Source: an uncultured Candidatus Saccharibacteria bacterium
Lineage (GTDB): Bacteria > Patescibacteriota > Minisyncoccia > Minisyncoccales > PWPS01
Assembly (NCBI GenBank): GCA_964573145.1
Contig: CAZNIM010000004.1
Location: 1 to 37,030 of the forward strand
DNA length: 37,030 bases
Direction: 5' to 3'
In this document: in pieces, positions 15,837 through 24,696 of the stretch
Position numbering within the stretch: the first letter of the stretch is position 1
Layout: each line of letters begins with the position of its first letter
Notes under the pieces: model-generated
Database searches by the model: none
The model's input: the letters and a program-made list of their open reading frames with translations, nothing else
Told to the model about the DNA's origin: nothing
Program-made: the position numbers and the translations under genes

Positions 15837-17341
15837 AAATTATCTTTTGCTTTTTTTAACCTCCCTATCGCCTCCTCCCTTCCCAATATGTAAGTTACTT
15901 CAAGAGGTCCGGCGGAAGCTTTTTCTCCGGTTAAAGCGGCTCTGAGGGGCCATAAAAACCTTCCTCGGTCCTCGAATTGATTGGCTTTCTGTAGTAACTT
16001 GTCTTTAACCTCTTCTTTTTCCCAATTTTTTATATTATCAATTACTTCTATTGATTTGTCAATAACATCACCGAGCTCCTCTGAAGTCATCTCTTTCCAC
16101 TGCAAAAGATCGAAGTCAACCTTTGGCTGTTTAAAAAAGTAGCCGGTATGATCAACTATCTCCACCACTTTGGAGATTCTGTCTTTGTGTTCCTCGGCTA
16201 TCTCTTTCAAGGCGTCGAATCCGTACTTTCTTCCGTCCTCGGTTCGGTAACCGGTCTTTATCCCTTTGGCTCCCATGGCCGGAGGATACTGATCTTCTTC
16301 GTACACCGGGTTTATATATCCGGCTTCAATCCAGAAAGGAATAGACAGAAGAGCCAACCTCTCTCCGGTCACCTCTTTTAAGTGCAGTGTGTTGATGTGC
16401 TCCAGCTTTTTTTTGTTGAAAACGGCTCCCGCTTTCTTGCATCGCTCGAGACTGAATTCGTCAATCAACTCTTCCATGGTGAAAAACTCTCTGTCATCTC
16501 CGGGACTCCAACCCAAAAGAGCTAAAAAGTTAACCAGGGCCTCGGGTAAAAATCCTTCTTTTCGATATTCGGAAACGGAAACTGCCCCGAATCGTTTCGA
16601 CAATTTACTTTTGTCCGGAGCGAGTATCAGAGGAAGATGAGCGTAATTTACCCTTTTGAAATCAAGTGCTTCGGCGATAAGTATCTGCTTGGGAGTGTTG
16701 GAGATATGATCCTCTCCCCTAATTACGTCGGTCACCTTCATCTCATGATCGTCAATAACGCAGGCCAAATTATAAAGCGGTCTTTCTTCATCTTTGGCGA
16801 TAACAAAATCTTCAATAAGACTTCCGTCAAACTCAATAAGACCACGTACTCGATCACGAAAAGATACTTTTTTATCCCCTACTATCATTCTTATTACGTA
16901 ATCCGAGCCCGACTTTATCTTTTCTTCGGCCTTTTCGGAGCTCAAATCTCTGCAAGTTCCCGGGTAGCGAGGAGTTTCTCCGGCTTCTTCTTGTTTTTCT
17001 CTTATTGAATCAAGTTCTTCTTTGCTACAAAAACAATAATAAGCTTTCTCCTTATCAATAAGCTCCTTTATATATTTATCGTAACTTCTTTCACTTTGTC
17101 GGTACGGACCGTAATCTCCCCTTCCCGGCCCTTCGTCGAATTCTATTCCCAGCCACTGCAAACAATCGATGATATTTTCTTCATATTCTTTTTTTGACCT
17201 CTCTTTATCGGTGTCTTCAATTCTAAGAACAAAAACCCCCTTGTTTTTTCTTGCAAACAGATAATTGGCCAAAGCTATTCTGGCCGAACCGACATGAAAA
17301 AGGCCGGTCGGTGATGGTGCAAATCTTACTCTTTTTTTCAT
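15833..17341 (-). CDS. gltX: Glutamyl-tRNA synthetase
   Basis: N-terminus RFAPSPTGLFHVGSARIAL carrying the HIGH-type motif, KMSKS-type KLSKR, and a Zn-knuckle-like CFC...GTC. 502 aa. The start overlaps the murG stop by 4 nt. Confidence 0.95.
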   Translation of the reverse strand: MKKRVRFAPSPTGLFHVGSARIALANYLFARKNKGVFVLRIEDTDKERSKKEYEENIIDCLQWLGIEFDEGPGRGDYGPYRQSERSYDKYIKELIDKEKAYYCFCSKEELDSIREKQEEAGETPRYPGTCRDLSSEKAEEKIKSGSDYVIRMIVGDKKVSFRDRVRGLIEFDGSLIEDFVIAKDEERPLYNLACVIDDHEMKVTDVIRGEDHISNTPKQILIAEALDFKRVNYAHLPLILAPDKSKLSKRFGAVSVSEYRKEGFLPEALVNFLALLGWSPGDDREFFTMEELIDEFSLERCKKAGAVFNKKKLEHINTLHLKEVTGERLALLSIPFWIEAGYINPVYEEDQYPPAMGAKGIKTGYRTEDGRKYGFDALKEIAEEHKDRISKVVEIVDHTGYFFKQPKVDFDLLQWKEMTSEELGDVIDKSIEVIDNIKNWEKEEVKDKLLQKANQFEDRGRFLWPLRAALTGEKASAGPLEVTYILGREEAIGRLKKAKDNL

Positions 17342-18462
17342 GATTTTTTTTGATTTAAAATCTCTTGTAAATAATTCGCCAAATCTTTCCCGGCCTCATT
17401 TTTTGAAATTGCTTTCGCAGCCCCTTTCATCTTTTTAATTCTTTCTTCCGGTTGAAAAAGTGATCTGGCTCGCTCCAAAAATAGATGCGGCGTTAAATTA
17501 TCCTCTTCCAAAACAATCGCCGCACCGCTTTTTGCCACTTGATAAGCATTTTTGGTTTGATGGTTCTGAGCAGCCTCGGGAAGCGGTATCAGTATGCTCG
17601 GTCTTCCGTTGGCTAAAATTTCAAATATACTTCCCGCCCCGGCTCTGGAAACCACCAAATCGGCAACCGCATAAGCGTCAGCAATCTCTTCCGACTCTAA
17701 AAACGGATAAAGGTGATAATATTTTTTAATTTCACCGTTTCTCAACTCCTCAACTTCTTTTTTCATCTCATCAAAATTTTTCTTTCCACACTGGTGAATA
17801 ATTTCAAATTCCTGAACCATCCTGGGTAGGATAACGGTTATCATTCGATTTATTCTCTCCGATCCTTGCGATCCGCCCAAGATAAGAATAATTGATTTTT
17901 TTCTACTTAAGTTGAATCTTTCAGCCGCTCTTTCCAAGTCTCCCTCGGTAACACTTTTTCTAATCGGATTTCCGACTTGAATAGTCTCTTTATCTTCCAT
18001 TCCTTCCGTCTCTTCGAACGAGGTGAATATTTTAGTTGCAAATCCGGAGATAATCTTATTGGCCAATCCAACGGAAGCATCGGACTCATGTAGAATTAAG
18101 GGAACTCCGACTACTTTGGCGGCGACGGCAACCGGAAAGGCGCCGAATCCACCTTTGGAAAAAACGAGATCGGGAGATATTACCAACAGATAAATTATCG
18201 ACTGGATTATTCCGATCGGAATCTTGACCATATCGACTATATTTTTCAAAAAAGCGATCGGATCAAAATATCTCCTGATTTTTCCGGCGTAAATTCTTCT
18301 GAAAATTACCCCTTTGTCGAGAAACTCTTTTTCCAAAAAGTAATCTCCTTTTGGGGCTATATAGTAAATTTCAAGATTTTCCATCTCAATATTTTCAACT
18401 ACGGAAATCAGAGGAAATATATGTCCTCCGGTTCCACCTCCGGTTAAAACTATCTTTTTCAT
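17338..18462 (-). CDS. murG: Lipid II-forming N-acetylglucosaminyl transferase MurG
   Basis: N-terminus LTGGGTGGHIFP. The C-terminal domain reads LVVSRAGAGSIFEI ... IPLPEAAQNHQTKNA. 374 aa. Confidence 0.93.
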   Translation of the reverse strand: MKKIVLTGGGTGGHIFPLISVVENIEMENLEIYYIAPKGDYFLEKEFLDKGVIFRRIYAGKIRRYFDPIAFLKNIVDMVKIPIGIIQSIIYLLVISPDLVFSKGGFGAFPVAVAAKVVGVPLILHESDASVGLANKIISGFATKIFTSFEETEGMEDKETIQVGNPIRKSVTEGDLERAAERFNLSRKKSIILILGGSQGSERINRMITVILPRMVQEFEIIHQCGKKNFDEMKKEVEELRNGEIKKYYHLYPFLESEEIADAYAVADLVVSRAGAGSIFEILANGRPSILIPLPEAAQNHQTKNAYQVAKSGAAIVLEEDNLTPHLFLERARSLFQPEERIKKMKGAAKAISKNEAGKDLANYLQEILNQKKS

Positions 18463-18463
18463 T

Positions 18464-19579
18464 TTATGATCTTGATATATTTAAAAGTATTCCCAGGGCG
18501 GCCAGTTCGGATATAAAGTGTGCTCTTCCGTGACTGATCAAGGGAAGAGGAATTCCGGTCATCGGAACAACTCCGACCATCGATCCGATATTTACAAAAG
18601 CTTGAAAAAATATCCAAAAAGTGATTCCGGTGGCGACCAGACCCAAAAAGGGGTCCGTGCTCTCTTTAGCAATTTTAACACCTCTCCAGGCAAAAACCAA
18701 AAATAATCCAATCAGAACCAAGCTACCTATAAATCCGGCTTCTTCGGCATAAGCGGCAAAGATGGAGTCACTCATTACCAGAGGAATATATCCGTATTTA
18801 CGATACCCCATACCGAAACCGAGCCCGAAAATTCCTCCCGAGCCGATCGCAATGAGTGCTTGTTGGGCCTGATAAGATAATCCTTGGGGATCCATTCCCG
18901 AAGAAATTAAATCTCTGACTCGTTGCATCCTATAAGGGGTTAAAACAACCGCCAATACGAGTGACAAAGTTCCTCCCAAACCGATGACGAATATATGGGA
19001 AAGAGGGTTTCCATAGACAAAGTACATCACGAATCCCGTTAAAATAATAACCAAAAGAGTGCTGAGATCGGGCTGAAGTAAAATTAAGCCGCCTATGAAT
19101 CCGGAAAATATCAAAAAAGCGATGAGCGTCTCCGAAAATATTCTCTTTTTTTTCTCTCTCTTTCTTCCCGACAACCAGCTTGCCAAATAAAGTATGAAAG
19201 TTAATTTTAAAAATTCAGTAGGTTGAAATGAAAAAGAGCCGATTCCTATCCAGCGAGTAGCTCCCCTCATCTTTCTTCCCACTCCGGGAACAAAAACCAA
19301 CAAAACCAATACTATGCTCAAAAAAAGAAGAGCCGGAGCAAATTTTCGTAATTTTTCAAGAGGAATGTTGTAGGCAACAAACCCCAAAACGATACCGGGC
19401 AACACCCCGAAAACGAATTGTCGAAAAAGAAAATAATTAAGATTAACCTGATCGACACCCTCCTCTATAATTGCCATTCTGGCCATCGAAACACTGACGA
19501 AGATAACGAAACCGGCCAATATTATAAGAGCGGCGGATATCAATAATCCGTAATCGGGATGTCGATTATTTTTGACCAT
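18464..19579 (-). CDS. ftsW: SEDS-family peptidoglycan polymerase / lipid II flippase FtsW/RodA
   Basis: Polytopic membrane protein with FQPTEFLK, LLQPDLST and GVVPMTGIPLPLISHG. The start is moved to ATG 19579 (MVKNNRHPDYGLL). The longer ORF-track form adds an Arg-rich 49 aa that lies inside murD. Confidence 0.9.
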   Translation of the reverse strand: MVKNNRHPDYGLLISAALIILAGFVIFVSVSMARMAIIEEGVDQVNLNYFLFRQFVFGVLPGIVLGFVAYNIPLEKLRKFAPALLFLSIVLVLLVFVPGVGRKMRGATRWIGIGSFSFQPTEFLKLTFILYLASWLSGRKREKKKRIFSETLIAFLIFSGFIGGLILLQPDLSTLLVIILTGFVMYFVYGNPLSHIFVIGLGGTLSLVLAVVLTPYRMQRVRDLISSGMDPQGLSYQAQQALIAIGSGGIFGLGFGMGYRKYGYIPLVMSDSIFAAYAEEAGFIGSLVLIGLFLVFAWRGVKIAKESTDPFLGLVATGITFWIFFQAFVNIGSMVGVVPMTGIPLPLISHGRAHFISELAALGILLNISRS

Positions 19580-20786
19580 ATTTTTGAATTGCTTTTTTGA
19601 ATTTATCTCCCCTATCGACGTAACTGGAAAACATATTAAAGCTGGATGAAGCCGGCGAAAGAAGAACCGCTCCTTCATTTGTAATCTGAAATGCCTTCTT
19701 AACCGCCTCCTCCATCGAACCCACAAAGAAGATATTTCCCGAAAATGAATTAGCGATCTTTTTACCGGTATCCGGAAAAAGAATTAAATTTTTAATATTT
19801 GAATTCTCAATTCTTAAAGAGAGCTTTTTATAATCACCTCCTTTATCAACCCCTCCGGTTATAAGCGTCTCCGTCTCCAAACCGGCAATCGCTCTAATGG
19901 TCGCTTCCGGGATAGTGGCCGCCGAATCATCATAAAAGTCTATTCCGCCATAGTTTCCGACAAACTCCAAACGATGCTTCAGCTTCGGAGGGTCTTTAAT
20001 AATTTGATCCACTCCTTCGGGATCAATCCCGTAATGATCGGCCACTTTTCTGATCGGATCGGCATAAACGACCGAACCGGCTAATCGTTCTTTCGGGTCA
20101 AAAGGAATTTTTTCTCCTTCAAAGTCGGAAACCATCCTTCCTACCTCTTCGCTGCCCCCGTTAAAGATAACTTTTTTCGGTTTCGGATAAAAAGAGATTA
20201 TCTTTTTTTTGGAATTGAAATATTCATCATAATCGGAGTGCTGATCAAGATGATCTTTGAATATATTGAGAATAATCGCCAAGTCCGGCCCTCGGCTAAT
20301 CGTTTGCAGTTGAAAACTGGAAAGCTCATATACGAAAACGGCTTTCTTCCCCAAAAAATCAAGAGCGGGGTTGCCGATATTACCGATTAAGAAAGATTCA
20401 ACTCCCTGATTTTTGAATAGCTGATGAATCGCCGTAGCGGTCGTGCTCTTTCCTTTGGTTCCGGTTATTCCGATTACCTCTCCTTCAGTTAAATTAAGAA
20501 AAATATCGGACTGCGACGTTATCTTATTCGGGGATATATTTTTTTGAGCTAAAAAAGTGTAAGGAACACCGGGTGATTTAATAATCAAATCATAGTCACG
20601 TGCGGCATCAAGATAATCTTCTCCAAAATAAAGAGCGGTTTTTGAATCGGTTACCTCTTTTTCTTTCAAGTCGGCGATTGCTATCTCTTTGCTTGGAAAC
20701 TGAGACCTTAAAAAGCGGTGCGTGTCTTTTCCCTCTCTACCGTAGCCGAGGATCAGGACCGATTTTTTTTGTAATCTTTGATACAT
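19566..20786 (-). CDS. murD: UDP-N-acetylmuramoylalanine--D-glutamate ligase MurD
   Basis: N-terminal Rossmann fold VLILGYGREG and Mur-ligase P-loop GITGTKGKSTT. 406 aa. Supported by its position between mraY and ftsW. Confidence 0.93.
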   Translation of the reverse strand: MYQRLQKKSVLILGYGREGKDTHRFLRSQFPSKEIAIADLKEKEVTDSKTALYFGEDYLDAARDYDLIIKSPGVPYTFLAQKNISPNKITSQSDIFLNLTEGEVIGITGTKGKSTTATAIHQLFKNQGVESFLIGNIGNPALDFLGKKAVFVYELSSFQLQTISRGPDLAIILNIFKDHLDQHSDYDEYFNSKKKIISFYPKPKKVIFNGGSEEVGRMVSDFEGEKIPFDPKERLAGSVVYADPIRKVADHYGIDPEGVDQIIKDPPKLKHRLEFVGNYGGIDFYDDSAATIPEATIRAIAGLETETLITGGVDKGGDYKKLSLRIENSNIKNLILFPDTGKKIANSFSGNIFFVGSMEEAVKKAFQITNEGAVLLSPASSSFNMFSSYVDRGDKFKKAIQKYGQK

Positions 20787-20793
20787 CCACTTA

Positions 20794-21894
20794 TTAACCC
20801 ATTACTCTGATAATTACTCCCAGTATCGCCGCCATCGCTCCGATAATCCAAAAACGCATTGTCACCTTGTAAGACGGCCAGCCGATTCCTTCAAAATGGT
20901 GGTGAATCGGAGCCGCTTTGAAAACTTTTTTCTTCAAAAACTTTTTGGAAAGAAGTTGGATTATTACCGAAGCGGATTCGACTACCAACAGTATTCCGAT
21001 TATCGGCAAAACCAAAACCGAATCGGTTAAAAAAGCAATCACCGTCAAAGTCGCAGTCAAGGCGAAAATTCCGGTTTCTCCCATATAAAATCTGGCCGGA
21101 GGAATGTTGAACCACAAAAAAGCCAATATACTTCCCACCAAAACCATTGAAAAAGAAGCCAAATCCATCATTCCCGCCTCAACCGCTATGAAGGTAAAAG
21201 CGGTAAAAATGGCGGCAAACGCCCCCCCGGAAAGACCGTCGAGTCCGTCAATTACACTACCGCTGTAAGTGGCGAGCATCACTAAGATAAAGAAAGGAAT
21301 AAAGAGCAACCCGAGATCAAAATGACCCCAAAAGGGAATCAATATCTCCGAAACCTCCAATTTGGAATAAAACCACCATCCTCCAACAACTCCTATCGCC
21401 GCCGTAGCTCCGATCCTGTACATTAAGCTCAACCCTCCCCCGACATAACGATTAACTTTTTTAAAGATGAATTTTAAAATTCCATTCTCGGGTTTATCTA
21501 TAACTTGTAACAGATCATCAAGAAGCCCGATCAAAGCGGCGACAACCAGAGCGAAAAGAGGCAGCCAAGTCTCTCTCCTGCTCAAAAAATTAAGGCTTTG
21601 AATCCAGTAGTGATCACTCAAAAAACTCAATCCGTAAAATAGAAAAATTAAAATGAGCGGTGGAATCCAGACCAAAAGCCCTCCCAGTCGTGGAACATTG
21701 ACTTCCTTTTCCGAATGAAATTGAGGAAAAACCTTTAAGTCCTTACCGTCAATTCCCTTTTTTCTCACCTTGTTTTTCCATAACTCGTTTTTATACATAA
21801 ATCCGGTTAAACCGGGGGTAATCACCAAAGTGAAAATAAAAGAGAGCGTGCCCAGCATAAGGATTTTAATCATACTCTCTATCGTCGTGTTCAT
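20794..21894 (-). CDS. mraY: Phospho-N-acetylmuramoyl-pentapeptide transferase MraY
   Basis: Polytopic membrane protein with the MraY blocks DDLLQV, DGLDGLSGG and APIHHHFE. 366 aa. Confidence 0.95.
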   Translation of the reverse strand: MNTTIESMIKILMLGTLSFIFTLVITPGLTGFMYKNELWKNKVRKKGIDGKDLKVFPQFHSEKEVNVPRLGGLLVWIPPLILIFLFYGLSFLSDHYWIQSLNFLSRRETWLPLFALVVAALIGLLDDLLQVIDKPENGILKFIFKKVNRYVGGGLSLMYRIGATAAIGVVGGWWFYSKLEVSEILIPFWGHFDLGLLFIPFFILVMLATYSGSVIDGLDGLSGGAFAAIFTAFTFIAVEAGMMDLASFSMVLVGSILAFLWFNIPPARFYMGETGIFALTATLTVIAFLTDSVLVLPIIGILLVVESASVIIQLLSKKFLKKKVFKAAPIHHHFEGIGWPSYKVTMRFWIIGAMAAILGVIIRVMG

Positions 21895-21899
21895 TTGGT

Positions 21900-22847
21900 C
21901 TATATTTTATATGCTTTATAAGTCCAATTAATCAATTTTTCCATCTCTTCAAATCTCTCATTATGCCCTTCGGATCCCAAAATTACATATATTAAATAGG
22001 ATCCTTCTTCCGGCTCCAAAACCATAAGTAGAGTTCCACCGGCTCTATAAGTAAATCCGGTCTTTCCTCCTTTAATGTCGCTCAGCCATTCCGGAGCGAT
22101 AAACCCGAAATAGCTTCCGTCCAAAAATTGATTGGTAGTTTCAACTCTGTAGTGAAGATCGGAAGATCTTGAAGTTATATTATAGGTGGGTCGCCTCATT
22201 ATCTCCCAGAAAAGAGGAATTTCCAGAATCCGTTCGGTTAATTTGACCAGATCTCGCGGGCTGGATCTGTTGACCCCCCGTATATTATCCAAACCACTGG
22301 GATTGTAAAAGTGAGTTTGCCTCATCCCTAATCGATCCGCTTTCTGATTCATAAAAGACATAAAATCATCAAAATCGGTTTCGGCCGTTGCCGCCGCATA
22401 GGCGCTACTATTGTTGGATTCCAAAAGTAAAGGATAAAGAAGTTCTCCAAACGTAGTTTCCGGAAAAACACGTAAATCTCGAAGATGAGCATCGGTAAAA
22501 AGATCGGAATCCGGAATCCCGATCGGCTCATCAAGATTCAGATTCTCATAAACCACCAAGGCGGTAACCAGTTTGGTAAGGCTGGCAATCGGTAATGAAG
22601 CGTTTCTATTTCTACTGAATAAAACCTCTTTATCTTCTCCCTCCAAATAAACCGCATAAACCGCTTCGGCCTCTATCTCGGGAGGAGAAACCCCTCTCTT
22701 TCTCTCCAAAACGGATTCCGTTTCATAATTTGCCGGCTCTCTCATTCTTATATCCGGACCTTCATCCGGCTCTTCTCCTCCGGAGAATATAAAAAATCCT
22801 CCGGTTAAAAGAAGCAATACTGATAAGATTAATAGCTTAATTTTCAT
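21900..22847 (-). CDS. D-alanyl-D-alanine carboxypeptidase (peptidase S11, low-molecular-weight PBP)
   Basis: Signal or anchor sequence, then SxxK (ASLTK), SxN (ESNN) and KTG (GGKTGFT). 315 aa. Confidence 0.85.
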   Translation of the reverse strand: MKIKLLILSVLLLLTGGFFIFSGGEEPDEGPDIRMREPANYETESVLERKRGVSPPEIEAEAVYAVYLEGEDKEVLFSRNRNASLPIASLTKLVTALVVYENLNLDEPIGIPDSDLFTDAHLRDLRVFPETTFGELLYPLLLESNNSSAYAAATAETDFDDFMSFMNQKADRLGMRQTHFYNPSGLDNIRGVNRSSPRDLVKLTERILEIPLFWEIMRRPTYNITSRSSDLHYRVETTNQFLDGSYFGFIAPEWLSDIKGGKTGFTYRAGGTLLMVLEPEEGSYLIYVILGSEGHNERFEEMEKLINWTYKAYKI

Positions 22848-24210
22848 CTTTTTTCACTTTAATTCCCAATTCTTCAATTTGAGATTCATCAACCGGTGCC
22901 GGAGCCCCCATCATTAAATCACTACCGTCTCCGGTCTTCGGAAAGGCCATTACCTCCCTGATATTTTCCTCACCCAAAACAACCATTAAGAATCTCTCCA
23001 AGCCGAAAGCTATGCCGCCGTGAGGAGGAGCTCCGTAATTGAACGACTCAATCAAGTGTCCGAATTTTTCTTGAATCCCTTTTTTATCGTGACCCAAAAC
23101 CTCAAATATTGCCCGTAAAGTATCCGGATCGGTAGTTCTGATACTACCACCCCCTATCTCCTCACCGTTTAAAACCAAGTCGTATTGATAAGAAGAGATT
23201 TTATCCGGATTCTTCTTTAAATTTTCCGGGCCTTCTTTCGGTTTGGTGAAGGGGTGGTGCTCAGCCCTCCAAGTTCCATCTTCCTTCTTTTCGAACATCG
23301 GGAAGTCTATTATAAAGGCAAAAGCGAGCTCGTCTTCATCATTTCGTAAATCGGGTCGATCGGTACCCCATTTTTTTATCGCTTCGACATATTCGATTCG
23401 GGGAAAGGGATTGTCTTTAATCTTTTTTCCCGGAAAAACATCTTTAATTAAAGCGATAAACATCTCTTCCACCAGGCTCAAAACCTCTTCACGATCAGCA
23501 AAAGAAAGCTCCATGTCGAGTTGTGTAAATTCGGCTTGTCGGTCGGCTCTTACATCTTCATCTCGAAAGCATCGTGCAAATTGAAAATACCTCTCGATTC
23601 CTCCAACCATCAAGAGCTGTTTGTACTGTTGCGGGCTTTGAGGAAGTGCGTAAAAAGAACCCTTGTTATTTCTCGAGGGAACCAAATAATCTCTGGCTCC
23701 TTCCGGTGTCGATTTGGAAAGAATCGGAGTTTCCACCTCTACAAAGTCATTATCGGAGAGAAAGTTTCTGATAAAATTGGTTACTTGATGCCTTTTTCTC
23801 AAATTAAATTGCATCCGCTCTCTTCTTATGTCGAGATAACGATACTTCATCCTAATCTCTTCATTTACCTTTTTCCCGTCATCTCCGATTTCAAACGGAG
23901 GTGTCTCGGAAACGGCTTCAATTTCAAAAGATTTCGCTTCCAGTTCAACCTTACCGGTGATGATCTCTTCATTCCACATCTTTTCCGGCCTCTTTTTAAC
24001 TTTACCAATTATTTTCAAAACCGACTCCGGTTTAATCTCTTTTGCATCTTCCATCATCTCCGGACCGAAAACCACCTGAATAAGACCGGTTCTGTCTCGT
24101 AAATCCAAAAACGCTATCTTACCGTGGGATCTTATCGAATCGGCCCACCCGTAAAGAGTAACTGTCTCCCCTATTTTATCCGTCGTTTCTCGATTTAAAG
24201 TGCGTTCCAT
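22837..24210 (-). CDS. aspS: Aspartyl-tRNA synthetase, bacterial-type sequence without the GAD insertion domain
   Basis: OB-fold N-terminus. Class II motifs FYALPQSPQQYKQLLM, RCFRDEDVRADRQAEFTQLD and GGIAFGLERF. 457 aa. Confidence 0.93.
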   Translation of the reverse strand: MERTLNRETTDKIGETVTLYGWADSIRSHGKIAFLDLRDRTGLIQVVFGPEMMEDAKEIKPESVLKIIGKVKKRPEKMWNEEIITGKVELEAKSFEIEAVSETPPFEIGDDGKKVNEEIRMKYRYLDIRRERMQFNLRKRHQVTNFIRNFLSDNDFVEVETPILSKSTPEGARDYLVPSRNNKGSFYALPQSPQQYKQLLMVGGIERYFQFARCFRDEDVRADRQAEFTQLDMELSFADREEVLSLVEEMFIALIKDVFPGKKIKDNPFPRIEYVEAIKKWGTDRPDLRNDEDELAFAFIIDFPMFEKKEDGTWRAEHHPFTKPKEGPENLKKNPDKISSYQYDLVLNGEEIGGGSIRTTDPDTLRAIFEVLGHDKKGIQEKFGHLIESFNYGAPPHGGIAFGLERFLMVVLGEENIREVMAFPKTGDGSDLMMGAPAPVDESQIEELGIKVKKDEN

Positions 24211-24229
24211 ATTTTTTTATTTAAATTTT

Positions 24230-24598
24230 CTATTCAATATACTTAACCGCCTTCTGTAAAACCTCCATCGGTGTATTGGCGGTCTTTATCAAATAATCCT
24301 TGGCGCCCAATCTGAAAGCCTCTTCCTTTGACTCTTGGTCATCGTAATTCGAAAATGCGACTACCGGTGTTTCCGAAATCGAATCCTCAACCTTTCTCAA
24401 TTTAATTAAGAAAGATATTCCAGTTTCTCCCGGAAGAAGAATATCCAAAAGAATCAAATCGGGCTTCATCTCGGAAGCCGCTTCCAAAGCATCATCGACG
24501 CCATGAACCACTCTAACCTGATGATCGTTTTGCTCAAAGACGTCTTTATACATTTTGGCCAATGTCTTTTCATCTTCGATTATTAAAACTTTTGCCAT
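24230..24598 (-). CDS. Single-domain response regulator (CheY-like receiver)
   Basis: KVLIIEDE, phospho-acceptor context DLILLDILLPGETG, VVAFSN and GAKDYLIK. 122 aa with no output domain. Confidence 0.85.
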   Translation of the reverse strand: MAKVLIIEDEKTLAKMYKDVFEQNDHQVRVVHGVDDALEAASEMKPDLILLDILLPGETGISFLIKLRKVEDSISETPVVAFSNYDDQESKEEAFRLGAKDYLIKTANTPMEVLQKAVKYIE

Positions 24599-24621
24599 AT
24601 TGAAGTAAAATTGTTTTCGTA

Positions 24622-24650
24622 ATTATACTAAAATAAGGTAAAAATTACAA
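24622..24650 (-). promoter_or_regulatory. Candidate promoter for the receiver gene and downstream genes
   Basis: On the minus strand: TTGTAA (24650-24645), a 17-nt spacer, then TATAAT (24627-24622). It lies immediately after the tig terminator. Confidence 0.45.
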
Positions 24651-24678
24651 AAAACTCCCGGGATCAATCCGGGAGTTT
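24649..24678 (-). terminator. Rho-independent terminator after tig
   Basis: On the minus strand: 10-bp stem AAACTCCCGG / CCGGGAGTTT, a 7-nt loop, then a run of six T. Confidence 0.7.
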
Positions 24679-24696
24679 CTCCGTTTTGAATTCTTT

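Noticed and set aside
19580-19726. A 49-residue Arg-rich N-terminal extension of FtsW in the ORF track (MWVRWRRRLRRHF...).
   Set aside because: It lies entirely within the murD coding region in another frame. The ATG at 19579 gives a normal FtsW N-terminus directly before the first TM helix.
23243-24102. Long antisense ORFs inside aspS (113, 193 and 65 aa on the plus strand). Similar antisense ORFs lie inside gltX (16148-17008), tig (24742-25941), the polyprenyl synthase gene (26456-26839), the CPA2 gene (35250-36389) and others.
   Set aside because: Each lies opposite a gene with unmistakable family motifs. Their translations are low-complexity (Ser/Phe/Leu/Arg-rich), as expected from the complement of Glu/Lys-rich AT-biased coding sequence. 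None has start-site support.
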